From Terriglobia bacterium (GTDB taxonomy: Bacteria > Acidobacteriota > Terriglobia > 20CM-2-55-15): a stretch of DNA of 64,000 nt. The position numbers were made by a program, and so were the translations under genes. Position 1 is the first letter of the stretch; each line of letters opens with the position of its first letter. The DNA lies in the NCBI GenBank assembly GCA_965218585.1, contig CBDCLE010000003.1, positions 64,001 through 128,000 on the forward strand. Reading direction: 5' to 3'. The notes under the pieces were generated by a model, which worked only from the letters and a program-made list of their open reading frames with translations, made no database searches and was not told the origin of the DNA. Below are positions 8,639 to 18,357 of this stretch, in pieces.

Positions 8639-10372
8639 CTAAGACTCGAACGCTTCGGCGATGGCCTCGCGTAGCCGGTCCAAGCCCTCGGTCAGGTTTC
8701 CTTCGATGTGCGCACGTAGCACCCGACGGCCGCGTTCGGAGAGCACGGTCATGTCGCCGCTGGCCTGGGCTGCCTTGACGACGCCGAAAGAATAGCTGCG
8801 TCCGGGAACGGGAAGGTCGGTTCCGTCATCACAGGTGATCTGGAGAAAGACGCCTGTAGGGGGACCGCCCTTGTGCAACTGGCCTGTCGAGTGGAGAAAG
8901 CGTGGGCCAAACCCTAAGCAGGTCGCCACGTGTTTCCGGTCTCTGACAAGGTCCCGCATCTGGGAAAGGACAGCCTCGTGGTCCCGGCTCATTTCGACGT
9001 AGGCCTGGATGCAGAAGTAATCGCCTTCGGCGAGAGTTCCCAGATGGCTGCCCAAGTGGCGGGCCAGGGAAGGTTCGGTAGTCGTCCGAACCGGACCGAG
9101 AACCGGACCTGTATCGGCACTTGAAAATAGTTTGATACCGGCCGCCTCGAAAATGGGGACGGCCCCAGCAAGTTCACCGCTCTCTTCAAATTCGCTGGTC
9201 ACGCGTCGGGCAGCCACTTTGCTCGCATCGACATCGGGCTGAACGAACGGATTGAGGCGAAGCAACGAACCCGCAACAGCGGTGGCCATTTCCCAACGGA
9301 AAAACTCCTGTCCGATCGAGTACACATCCTCAAGCTCGATGCGCACGACGGGCTGGCCTGCCTCTTCGAGAGGACCGATCGCCGCATCTTCGGCAGAGTT
9401 CTCGTCGGAACTGAGTTTCAAATAGACGAAGACACGGTCAGCCCCATAAACCTCGGGCGACCCCAATGTTTCCCCATCGACAGGAACGATGCCCTTCCCG
9501 TCTTGCCCTGTGGACTCCGCCACCAACTGTTCGAGCCAGGCACCCAGACCGGCAATTTTGCGGGAGGTAACGATCGTCATCTTGTCTCGACCCGCCCCAG
9601 CCAATCGACCCAGAGCGATGCCCAGGAGTACTCCGGGATTTTCGAGAGTGGAAACGTCGGGACCGCATCCCGAGACCATCTCGTCGGTGGCCGCGAGAAG
9701 TCGAGCAACATCGAGCCCCATCACCGCTGCAGGCACCATACCGAAATCAGACAGCGCGGAGAAACGGCCTCCGACATCAGCTTGACCCGCAAATACGCTT
9801 CGCAGATGGCGTTGGTTGGCAAGACTCTCAAGCCTCGAACCGGGGTCGGTAATAGCCACGAAACGCCGGCCGGCTTCAACAGGGCTGAGGATTTTCGCGA
9901 CGCGGTCGAAGAAATATTCAAAGAGTAGGGACGATTCCAGCGTTGTACCGGACTTGCTGGAAACGATGAAGAGTGTTCGCTCCAGTTCCACGGAACTTTC
10001 GGTGGCGCGAATCTGGGCCGGGTCCGTTGAGTCCAGGACGTGAAGCGCCGGAAAGGATGGATCGTTTTCGAAGGTCAATCGAAGCACTTCCGGACACAGG
10101 CTCGAACCTCCCATTCCAAGCAACAAGGCCTCGGTGAAGCCCTCCGCGCGGACATCCTCGGCAATCTGTAAGAAAGCGTTCCGTCTCTCGAGTTGGCTGG
10201 GGACGATGTCGAGCCAGCCCAGCCACCGATCCTCGTTCGATCCGGTCCACAGCGAGGCGTCGCGATTCCAGATCCGGCGAACGGTATCTTCTGTGGTCCA
10301 CTCCTGAAGCGTCGATTCCACAGCGCGGGTGACCTCGAAGGGCAGGCTGAGGGACTGAGGGTTTACTGCCAT
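8639..10372 (-). CDS. pgi: Glucose-6-phosphate isomerase (Tal/Pgi C-terminal type)
   Basis: LLGMGGSSL, LDSTDP, VSSKSGTTLE, VGGRFSALS, EQLVAESTG, QPDV, GPRFLHSTGQLHKGGP. Confidence 0.85.
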   Translation of the reverse strand: MAVNPQSLSLPFEVTRAVESTLQEWTTEDTVRRIWNRDASLWTGSNEDRWLGWLDIVPSQLERRNAFLQIAEDVRAEGFTEALLLGMGGSSLCPEVLRLTFENDPSFPALHVLDSTDPAQIRATESSVELERTLFIVSSKSGTTLESSLLFEYFFDRVAKILSPVEAGRRFVAITDPGSRLESLANQRHLRSVFAGQADVGGRFSALSDFGMVPAAVMGLDVARLLAATDEMVSGCGPDVSTLENPGVLLGIALGRLAGAGRDKMTIVTSRKIAGLGAWLEQLVAESTGQDGKGIVPVDGETLGSPEVYGADRVFVYLKLSSDENSAEDAAIGPLEEAGQPVVRIELEDVYSIGQEFFRWEMATAVAGSLLRLNPFVQPDVDASKVAARRVTSEFEESGELAGAVPIFEAAGIKLFSSADTGPVLGPVRTTTEPSLARHLGSHLGTLAEGDYFCIQAYVEMSRDHEAVLSQMRDLVRDRKHVATCLGFGPRFLHSTGQLHKGGPPTGVFLQITCDDGTDLPVPGRSYSFGVVKAAQASGDMTVLSERGRRVLRAHIEGNLTEGLDRLREAIAEAFES

Positions 10373-10524
10373 TGCTGGATCAGATCATATCAGCAGTAGC
10401 GAGTCGTCAACCCCGACCGAGGCACACTCCGGCCGATCGCTACCGACGTCGGCGTGAAGTTATTTAAATTGAATAGATAAGCACCCCCTCCATACGACGC
10501 GCATGCGTCGCTAAGGACAGGACG

Positions 10525-10725
10525 CTAGTTCTGCTGGGGCTGCGGCTGGTGTTGCCGCTTATGCTCCAACAGCAGATGCAGTCGCCTTCGGTGAGAGGGG
10601 TTTGCGTCCTCGAAATCGGCACCGCAAACGTTACATCGATACCAATGGATCCGGAAGGTCGTCGATTCGTTTTCGGCCAGCACGACTTCTTCGAGTTCTG
10701 GCCTCATGGCTTTCTGGGTACTCAT
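10525..10725 (-). CDS. Small C2H2 zinc-finger-like protein (~66 aa)
   Basis: YRCNVCGADF...LLEHKRQH; start MSTQK assumed. Confidence 0.45.
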   Translation of the reverse strand: MSTQKAMRPELEEVVLAENESTTFRIHWYRCNVCGADFEDANPSHRRRLHLLLEHKRQHQPQPQQN

Positions 10726-11438
10726 TAAATCAGGGGATCCGCCCTTACAAGGTGGGATCCTCAGCTCCTTCCAGCGACCTTTTCTCATCAGAGATGCTCA
10801 CTTAGACTAAAGAGCCCTCTGTTATGAGTTCATCCGTGTCGCCGATCCTCCATTCTAAGCCAACGCGGCCGTTTCACCAACGAGAATCAGACGATACCAT
10901 CGTCTTTCCTACTGGGTAGCCCGTGATTAGTGGTCCTGGCGGCGGCGGTTTTGGTCCCGGTAATCACTTGGAATTATAGCTATTTAGCTCCTCCGATACC
11001 GGGAAGACTTCCAGTTTTGGAAATCCACTACGTTCCTAAGTAACTCGAACGGTTCATCGCTCGATTTCAGGAGGCCCAGGAAAAGTTAGGGTACCACTCC
11101 TCGATCAGATCGCAGATGTCGCCAGCAGTCTCGGCGAAGTGGAAGGCGTCGACGTGGCTCGATCCGTTCGGCGGTGGCTGCTTCACTCCATCTGTATCGT
11201 CTGGCGGGGAGCGTCTCGGTCCCCATCTTAATATCCTCGCTCTGTGAGCCTTTAACCGGCGATCTCGTCAGAAACGCACTCTATCTTAACAATCCAACGC
11301 TCAATGGAGCCGCCCGAAGGGATGCGCTACATTTGCGTGTGTTAGAATGGCCCCTGCAGACACGGAAAAGCCAACACGCCCGGCCCGAGATCCCTTAAAC
11401 GGAACCGTTGCCTCACCATGGACTGATCCCGAGCCGCG

Positions 11439-11453
11439 TGGCACCGTTCTCGC
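11439..11453 (+). promoter_or_regulatory. Possible sigma54 promoter upstream of the KamA-like gene
   Basis: TGGCACCGTTCTCGC, GG-N10-GC spacing. Confidence 0.4.
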
Positions 11454-11598
11454 TAGTGTCCGAACGACGCTCAGCGCCCGGCCAACCTTTAGCCCGGAAT
11501 CGACTGAGCGAAAAAGCGCTGATAAATAATAACTTACGGGTTTAACAGTGGGTACTGTCGATCCAACGGAATGTTTTTTTCAACTTGGGGGGGAGCTC

Positions 11599-12990
11599 AT
11601 GAACAAACCGCTGGCTGAGCCGAGCCGATATCTTGCCTACACTGACAAGAATATCGACACGATCCCGCAATTCAAGGCCCTGACCTCCGAGCAGCGCACA
11701 GCTATCCGAACGGTTTCCCGAGTACTCCCGTTCCGTGTAAACAATTACGTTATTAATGAGTTGATCGATTGGGATGACATACCTCGCGACCCGATATTTC
11801 AGCTGACCTTTCCTCAGGAAGGCATGCTGACACCGGAGGACTTCGACTGCATACGCAGCCTGGTGGAAGAGGAGACGCCGGAAGAAAGGGTCTGGGAAGC
11901 TGTGCACAAGATCCGACTCAGGCTCAATCCGCACCCGGCGGGCCAGATGGACCTCAACGTCCCAGTGCTTGACGGCGAACCGCAAGCAGGAATGCAACAC
12001 AAGTATCGCGAAACGGTTCTGTTCTTCCCCAGTCAGGGTCAGACCTGCCACGCCTACTGTACCTATTGTTTCCGCTGGGCCCAGTTTGTCGGAATGGATG
12101 AATTCAAGTTCAGCAACAACGAGGCTGCTTCGCTGGTGCGCTATCTGGAACAACACTCCGAGGTTCGGGATGTATTGATCACCGGTGGCGATCCAATGAT
12201 CATGCGGACGAGCGTTCTGGAAAGCTACATCGAACCACTCCTCAAGATTGAGTCGCTCCGCAGTATTCGGATCGGCACAAAGGCTCTGTCATGGTGGCCG
12301 TATCGCTTCGTTACCGAGAACGACGCCGACGGTCTGCTCAAACTTTTCGAAAAGGTCGTCAAATCGGGCAAGCACCTTGCGTTGATGGCTCATTACAGTC
12401 ACCCGCGCGAAATGTCGACACCAGTTTCAGACCTCGCCATCGGGAGAATTCAAAAGACGGGAGCGACGATCCGTTCTCAAGCCCCCCTCATCCGCAACGT
12501 CAATGATTACTCCGATGTATGGGCTGCCATGTGGCAGAAGCAGGTGGATCTGGGCGTGATTCCTTACTACATGTTTGTAGAGCGCGATACAGGACCGAAA
12601 CAATACTTCGATGTCCCGCTTCACCGTGCGCTGGACATATTCGCCAGGGGAATTCGTCAGGTGTCGGGGCTGGGACGGACGGTTCGCGGCCCATCAATGT
12701 CGTGTACGCCAGGCAAGGTACTTGTCGACGGAGTTGCCGAGATCGATGGAGAAAAGGTCTTCGTTTTGAAGTTCTTACAGGGAAGGGATCCCAACTGGAC
12801 GAACCGGGTGTTTTTCGCCCACTACGACGAAGCGGCGTCATGGATCGACGACCTGAAGCCTGCTTTCTCTGAACAGTTCTTTTTCGCCGATCAGCTCCCC
12901 GCAAATCGGCGCTGGAAAAACTTCACCGTGTATTCCGGGGCCCGTTCGAGAGCCGCGAAACACGGCGGGAATCGGAGATCCTTTACTTAG
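11599..12990 (+). CDS. KamA-family radical SAM protein (lysine 2,3-aminomutase-like)
   Basis: HKYRETVL, CHAYCTYCFRW (CxxxCxxC), VLITGGDP, IRIGTK, PYYMF, PGK; GGGAG RBS before ATG 11599. Confidence 0.92.
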   Translation: MNKPLAEPSRYLAYTDKNIDTIPQFKALTSEQRTAIRTVSRVLPFRVNNYVINELIDWDDIPRDPIFQLTFPQEGMLTPEDFDCIRSLVEEETPEERVWEAVHKIRLRLNPHPAGQMDLNVPVLDGEPQAGMQHKYRETVLFFPSQGQTCHAYCTYCFRWAQFVGMDEFKFSNNEAASLVRYLEQHSEVRDVLITGGDPMIMRTSVLESYIEPLLKIESLRSIRIGTKALSWWPYRFVTENDADGLLKLFEKVVKSGKHLALMAHYSHPREMSTPVSDLAIGRIQKTGATIRSQAPLIRNVNDYSDVWAAMWQKQVDLGVIPYYMFVERDTGPKQYFDVPLHRALDIFARGIRQVSGLGRTVRGPSMSCTPGKVLVDGVAEIDGEKVFVLKFLQGRDPNWTNRVFFAHYDEAASWIDDLKPAFSEQFFFADQLPANRRWKNFTVYSGARSRAAKHGGNRRSFT

Positions 12991-13009
12991 CCGACGATCC
13001 GCAGGAAAT

Positions 13010-13043
13010 AAAAAAAGGGCGGCCCGTTGGCCGCCCCTTTTTT
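13010..13043. terminator. Bidirectional Rho-independent terminator
   Basis: A7-GGGCGGCC-CGTT-GGCCGCCC-CT6 between convergent genes. Confidence 0.9.
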
Positions 13044-13062
13044 CTGCTGGCTCTCCTCTGCC

Positions 13063-13392
13063 TCAAGCCGCGTAACGATCTAACAGCGAGGCAATGCTCT
13101 GTTTCGGTTGGGCGCCCACCAGGCGTTCCTTCTCCTCTCCATCCTTGAAGAGAATCAGCGTGGGTATCGCACGAACTCCATAGCGCGCCGCTGCTTCAGG
13201 ATTCTCGTCGACATTCAATTTCGCGATGCCGGCGCGACTGGCGAACTCCTCGCCCAACTCCTCCAGGCTCGGGGCCAGCGCCCGGCAAGGCCCGCACCAC
13301 TCGGCCCAGAAATCTACGAGCAGTGGCTCGGTGGATTGAACAATACTGTCTTCCAGGTCGCTGTCCGTCAGCTGTTTTAATCGATCACTCAT
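13063..13392 (-). CDS. trxA: Thioredoxin
   Basis: VDFWAEWCGPC, IPTL. Confidence 0.95.
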   Translation of the reverse strand: MSDRLKQLTDSDLEDSIVQSTEPLLVDFWAEWCGPCRALAPSLEELGEEFASRAGIAKLNVDENPEAAARYGVRAIPTLILFKDGEEKERLVGAQPKQSIASLLDRYAA

Positions 13393-13428
13393 AATCTTGA
13401 CCTCCTTTAACCCTGTGCTTCAGGCTTT

Positions 13429-14004
13429 TCATCTGATTTCGAGTACGCGTTTCATTTCGCTCGCAACCGCGTCCAGAGGCTCCCTCGAGCGGTACGCCCG
13501 GCTGAGCACCAGAGCACCTTCAATCATCGTCAGTACAGTCAGAGCCCGCCTTCCGGCATCCTTTGCGAGATGGCCTTCTGCGACCAGACGCTGGGTAAAC
13601 AGCTCACTCCAGGTCTCGAGGGCTTGGCAGCAGGTCCTCTGCAACGGCTCTGAAGTGGCCGCCGTTTCAAGGACAACGGTCGCGATCGGACAGCCTTCGC
13701 TGAAATTCGACTCCTCCAGCTGATCACGGGCCGTTCCAATCAGCGTCACCAGGGCTTCGACGGCTGTCGACGTTTGCTTGAAAGCCCTCTGGATCACCTT
13801 GACCTGGGCGTCACATGCATACCCGATCGCCGCCACGGCGAGCTGCTCCTTCCCTCCCGGGAAGTGGAAATAGAGCGAGCCCCTGGGAGCTCCACTCTCC
13901 TCAATAATCTGCTTCAATCCTGTGCCGCTGTAGCCCTGTCTCTGTAGCAGTTCTGCAGTCTTTAGAATGATGCGTTCTTTGCCGTTGGATGCCCTTGCCG
14001 TCAT
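13429..14004 (-). CDS. TetR/AcrR-family regulator (LmrA/YxaF-like)
   Basis: GYSGTGLKQI..SGAPRGSLYFHFPGGKEQL; GCPIA. Confidence 0.93.
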   Translation of the reverse strand: MTARASNGKERIILKTAELLQRQGYSGTGLKQIIEESGAPRGSLYFHFPGGKEQLAVAAIGYACDAQVKVIQRAFKQTSTAVEALVTLIGTARDQLEESNFSEGCPIATVVLETAATSEPLQRTCCQALETWSELFTQRLVAEGHLAKDAGRRALTVLTMIEGALVLSRAYRSREPLDAVASEMKRVLEIR

Positions 14005-14025
14005 TGATCCCTCACAACAAGAGCT

Positions 14026-14054
14026 ACTATACCGATCGGTCTATATATTGTCAA
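14026..14054 (-). promoter_or_regulatory. sigma70 promoter overlapped by a palindromic TetR-type operator
   Basis: TTGACA-N17-TATAGT; near-perfect palindrome TATACCGATCGGTCTATA (14028-14045) in the spacer and -10. Confidence 0.8.
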
Positions 14055-14095
14055 CTCGCCATTTCTGACCGAAGAGGGGCGAGGAAAGAGAATGC

Positions 14096-14110
14096 TGGCA
14101 CGCCGATTGC
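14096..14110 (+). promoter_or_regulatory. sigma54 promoter of the PAS-GGDEF pair
   Basis: TGGCACGCCGATTGC matches TGGCACG-N4-TTGC. Confidence 0.75.
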
Positions 14111-14186
14111 CCATGTATAGGGACTGAACGTCCCCATTTTTGGGGCAGCCCTTTTGAATTCAAGGGTTTGAATAGAGGTATCGACG

Positions 14187-15539
14187 ATGGATAAGAGCCA
14201 GAACCCCGGCGCAGGTGTCGGATTCTTGTCAGATTCCGGTCTCTCGAATTTCCTGGATAACCTTCCAGGTATGGCCTACCGGTGCGCGTGGGACGGTGAC
14301 TGGGCAATGGAGTTCGTCAGTAGTGGAGGTCTTCAACTCACTGGGCATGACCCGGAGGACCTCGTTCGGAATTCCGCAGTCTCATGGAGTGGACTGATCC
14401 ATTCCGATGATCTGGCAAAGGTCACGAAAAGGGTCCGCCGGGCCGTCAAGGACCGCAAACCTTTTCAGGTCGAATATCGCCTGCACACCAGCGGCGGGAT
14501 GAAATGGGTCCTCGAGGAAGGACGCGTGGTGTCGGAACCCAACGACTAACCATACTCCATCGAGGGTTACATCGTCGACATCTCGGAACAGAAAGCACAC
14601 GAAGCCGACCTCACGTACCAACAGGGTCAGACCCTTCTCGCGATTGAAAAGGCCCGGGACGCGTTCCTTGCAGTCGACTCTGAAGGCAAGATCCAGGATT
14701 GGAATCGCCAGTCAGAGCAGACTTTCGGTTGGACGCGCGAGGAAGTTCTGGGGCGGGGAGTGGCCGACACTATCGTGCCGCCGGAGCGGCGGGACGAATA
14801 CCTTGAAAGCTTCAGAAGCTTCATGGAAACCCAGGTAGGCCAGGTTACCTTTCAGAGGCCGAACCTGACCGCCCGCAGGCGCAATGGTGAAGAGTTTCCG
14901 ATAGAGCTCACGATCTGGCCCAGCGACTCCTCTAGCGGACAACTATTCAATAGCTACGTCCACGACTTAACCGAACATCACGCTTTGGAGGGTCAGTTGG
15001 CCAAGGCTGAGGACTCCCTCGAGCGTCTGATGCGAGAGGATTCCCTCACCGGCCTACCCAATCGCAAGGCTCTCGAAGGCGACTTGACACGCTCCATGTC
15101 GTTCGCGCGGAGATGGAAGCAGCCGCTGTCACTGATCATGGCAAATCTCGATACGCTGAAGAGTGTTAACGATGAACTTGGCCGATCCAAGGGGGACGCT
15201 CTCCTTGTGACGTTCGCCGATGCACTGCAGGCTTCGTCCCGTCTCGAAGATTTGACGGCACGGCTTGAAGGTTCAAAGTTCGCCCTCCTGTTGCCCAATA
15301 CCGATCTGGCCAACGCCCGCGTCGTTGCCGATCGCTTGCAGAAGAAACTGCGGGAAGAGGAAATGCCCTCCCAGACGACTATTTCAGCGACGGTGGGAAT
15401 AGCCGAGTTCGATGCCCAGGACACGATCGACACCTTTGTGAGCCGCGCGACGCAGGCGCTGAATCAAGCCAAAGACGGCGGAACAGACTCGGTGGAAGCG
15501 CCCGAAGCGGGGATCGAACAGGTCGGGGAACCCGGATAG
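14187..15539 (+). pseudogene. PAS-PAS-degenerate GGDEF protein interrupted by in-frame TAA (14547-14549)
   Basis: ORFs 14187-14549 and 14760-15539 share a frame; past TAA reads PYSIEGYIVDISEQK... ; active site reads EGSKF. Confidence 0.85.
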
Positions 15540-15577
15540 GAACCTGGCGGTACCGAACGATTGGACACCACTGACTT

Positions 15578-16531
15578 ATGGGAAACGGTTTAACACTGGC
15601 GACGAACCAGACCACTCGCACGAACGGCTTCGATATCACGGAGCTCGTGCAGAACCTTCCTGGTGTCGCTTACAGATGTCGATGGACCGACGCCTGGACC
15701 ATGGAGTTCGTCAGCAACGGGTGCCACCGTGTGACGGGGTACGAACCCGCCGAGATGCTTGGGACGTCCGCCCTGCCCTGGCAGCAGCTTCTCCACCCGG
15801 ACGATTTGCCTCAGATCGCTACCGAGATCACGCTCGCGGCCGAGCAGCGCGAGTCTTTCCAAGTGGCTTATCGCATCTTCACGAAAGAGGGTGCGGAACG
15901 CTGGTTGATGGAAGAAGGCCGTGTCGTCTCGGAGCCGGACGAAGACTGGGTGCGTTTGGAGGGATTCATCTCCGACATCACGTCGCGGAAACAAACCGAG
16001 ATGTCACTTCGGGAAGCCAACGAAACCATTGGTCGCCTGATTCGAGAGGATCCGCTGACCGGGTTGGCCAACAGAAGGGCTCTCGAGGAAAACATGGCAC
16101 GCGCGATATCGTTCGCCCACAGGTGGAAGCACCCGCTCTCGATGATCATGGCGGATATCGACTATTTCAAAACCGTCAACGATCGCTACGGTCATCTGAC
16201 CGGCGACCAGGTCTTGGTTTCGTTCTCTCAATTGCTGAAAACCTCGTCCCGCGTTGAGGACATCGTGGCGCGTTTCGGCGGAGAGGAGTTCATCCTGCTC
16301 ATACCGAACACCGGCCTCGATCAGGCCACACAATTGGCCGAGCGACTCCGAGCCGACACCGAGGAAGCGACCATGCCGATCCCGACGAATATCACTGCAA
16401 GTTTCGGGGTCACACGACTGTTAGCCCAGGACACACAGGAAAGCCTGATCGCCCGGGCCGACCGGGCGCTCTACGGCGCCAAGGACGCAGGCCGGAATCG
16501 TGTTATAACGTTAAAAGACGAGCCGGCTTAG
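15578..16531 (+). CDS. PAS-GGDEF diguanylate cyclase
   Basis: DPLTGLANRR, DIDYFKTVNDRYGH..GD, ARFGGEEF, AKDAGRN. Confidence 0.95.
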   Translation: MGNGLTLATNQTTRTNGFDITELVQNLPGVAYRCRWTDAWTMEFVSNGCHRVTGYEPAEMLGTSALPWQQLLHPDDLPQIATEITLAAEQRESFQVAYRIFTKEGAERWLMEEGRVVSEPDEDWVRLEGFISDITSRKQTEMSLREANETIGRLIREDPLTGLANRRALEENMARAISFAHRWKHPLSMIMADIDYFKTVNDRYGHLTGDQVLVSFSQLLKTSSRVEDIVARFGGEEFILLIPNTGLDQATQLAERLRADTEEATMPIPTNITASFGVTRLLAQDTQESLIARADRALYGAKDAGRNRVITLKDEPA

Positions 16532-16543
16532 CCAATCTCTAAA

Positions 16544-17878
16544 CTACCTCCCCGACCGGATCAAGACCACCAGGCCAAGAACGCTAGCGATTACTGAAGC
16601 CCCGAAGATACCTATTTTCATCATGGCCACCCGGGCCGGTTCCTGGAATGCGAGCCCTCCGATGAAGAGAGACATCGTAAAGCCGATTCCTGCCAGACAG
16701 CTGACCCCATAGACATGAATCCAGCGAACGTTGGAAGGTAACTGTGCCAGGCCCAGACGAACGGCGATCCACGTAAAAAGGGTGACGCCGACCTGTTTAC
16801 CGACGACCAACCCAAGCACAATCCCCAGCGTCATCGGATGACCGATATTTGAAACGGCATCGAGGTCTAAGACGACGCCGGCGTTTGCCAGCGCGAATAT
16901 CGGCAGGATCACGACGCTCACCCAGGGGTGGAGAGCCGTCTCCAGGCGCTGCAGAGGTGTGAGCGAATAGTCGGTTACCATGTCGAGATCCAAGAGTGCG
17001 TCGTGCCGCGTACGGTTAGCCAGAACATGGTGCTCGTGGGGGCCGGCCTGGTCGAACCGGTCGATCATCGCGCGGCTTCGGGAGACAAACTTCCCGGGAT
17101 CCAGACGGATGTTTGCCGGAATCAGCATCGCCATCAACACGCCGGCAACCGTGGGGTGAACTCCTGAGAATAGAAACGCCGACCAGACGCCTCCGACACC
17201 GAAAATGCCATAGACGAGAGGGTTTCTGACGCCGAGCCGATTGAGCAGGGCTACAAACGCAAAGACCCCCGCACCCACGCCGAGGCTGAGATAGGAAATC
17301 TCGGAGGTATAAAAGAGCGCGATCGCGATGACGGCACCCAGGTCATCCGCGATTGCCAGCGATGCCAGGAAAATCTTCAAGGCCGAAGGAACGCGATCTC
17401 CCAGGAGATGAAGAATCCCCATCGAAAAAGCAATGTCGGTCGCGATCGGGATGCCCCACCCCACCGCTTCGGGCGTACCGGCGTTGAAAGCGGCATAGAT
17501 CAAGGCTGGCACGACCATGCCACCGGCAGCAGCGACCAGTGGCAGCGCCGCCAGGCGCGGCGACGACAGTTCTCCGGCCAGCAACTCCCGTTTAATCTCC
17601 AGACCAACGACAAAGAAGAAAATGGCCATCAACCCGTCATTGATCCAGAGCAGCAGCGACTCGCTGACCTCGAAACTGCCCAACTGCAGGGATAAATGCG
17701 TCTCCCAGAGCGCAGTGTAGAGGTCTGTCCAGGGAGAATTCGCCCAGACAAGAGCAACCGCTGCCGAGAGGATCAACAGGATGCCGGAAGAGACTTCAGC
17801 CCGGATGAACATCCGAAAAGGCAGGAGTAGCTTCTCGATCGGGGGGTTTTCTTTGATAAAGAAACTGTCTCGTTTCAT
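16544..17878 (-). CDS. nhaA: Na+/H+ antiporter NhaA
   Basis: WINDGLMAIFF.VVGLEIKRE, GWGIPIATDIAF, LAIADDLGA, GIGFTMSLFI. Confidence 0.96.
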   Translation of the reverse strand: MKRDSFFIKENPPIEKLLLPFRMFIRAEVSSGILLILSAAVALVWANSPWTDLYTALWETHLSLQLGSFEVSESLLLWINDGLMAIFFFVVGLEIKRELLAGELSSPRLAALPLVAAAGGMVVPALIYAAFNAGTPEAVGWGIPIATDIAFSMGILHLLGDRVPSALKIFLASLAIADDLGAVIAIALFYTSEISYLSLGVGAGVFAFVALLNRLGVRNPLVYGIFGVGGVWSAFLFSGVHPTVAGVLMAMLIPANIRLDPGKFVSRSRAMIDRFDQAGPHEHHVLANRTRHDALLDLDMVTDYSLTPLQRLETALHPWVSVVILPIFALANAGVVLDLDAVSNIGHPMTLGIVLGLVVGKQVGVTLFTWIAVRLGLAQLPSNVRWIHVYGVSCLAGIGFTMSLFIGGLAFQEPARVAMMKIGIFGASVIASVLGLVVLIRSGR

Positions 17879-18114
17879 GTCGCTTGGCCAATCGCTTTAG
17901 GACTATAGCTTATCCGGATGCTTCGGCGCATACCCGTTTACCGTCTCACGTTTCGCTTTTTTCCTACTGCGGCGAGAAAGTCCCACCAAATGCACCCCAA
18001 AAAAGCAGGATCGACTACATTTTTTGCTAAAGTTTCTTCAAGAATTGTCGACGGGGTCGGGCTGGGAACCGTAAGCCGATGAAACATATAGAACGGCCAC
18101 TGACGGCTAAACTT

Positions 18115-18130
18115 TGGCAAGCTCATTGCA
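18115..18130 (+). promoter_or_regulatory. sigma54 promoter driving an intergenic RNA
   Basis: TGGCAAGCTCATTGCA, GG-N10-GC; no credible CDS downstream. Confidence 0.7.
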
Positions 18131-18140
18131 ATATATAAAA

Positions 18141-18351
18141 TCGTAACGCGGCAGATTATTAGCCCGTTCGGACCTAGTAGCTTTTAAGGCAAGTCCGGCC
18201 AGGGACGGTAGTCGCAAACGATGAAGTCAGGATGAGCTGCGGGGGCGGAGCCCACGTCGAAAGGATTTCGGAGAGCAGCGACGAGACGTGGGCGATGAAG
18301 GACACTAGGACCAAAACCTGACGACGAACGGATTCGCCATCAGGTTTTTTT
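18141..18351 (+). ncRNA. Candidate CsrB/RsmZ-like multi-GGA sRNA
   Basis: Nine GGA motifs, five in hairpin loops; ends in terminator AAAACCTGA...TCAGGTTTTTTT (18313-18351). Confidence 0.6.
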
Positions 18352-18357
18352 AGTTCT

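Noticed and set aside
18187-18220. c-di-GMP-I riboswitch resemblance (GGCAAG...CGCAAA)
   Set aside because: No GAAA tetraloop/receptor or P2 match, and no downstream gene on this strand; the GGA-loop sRNA model fits better.
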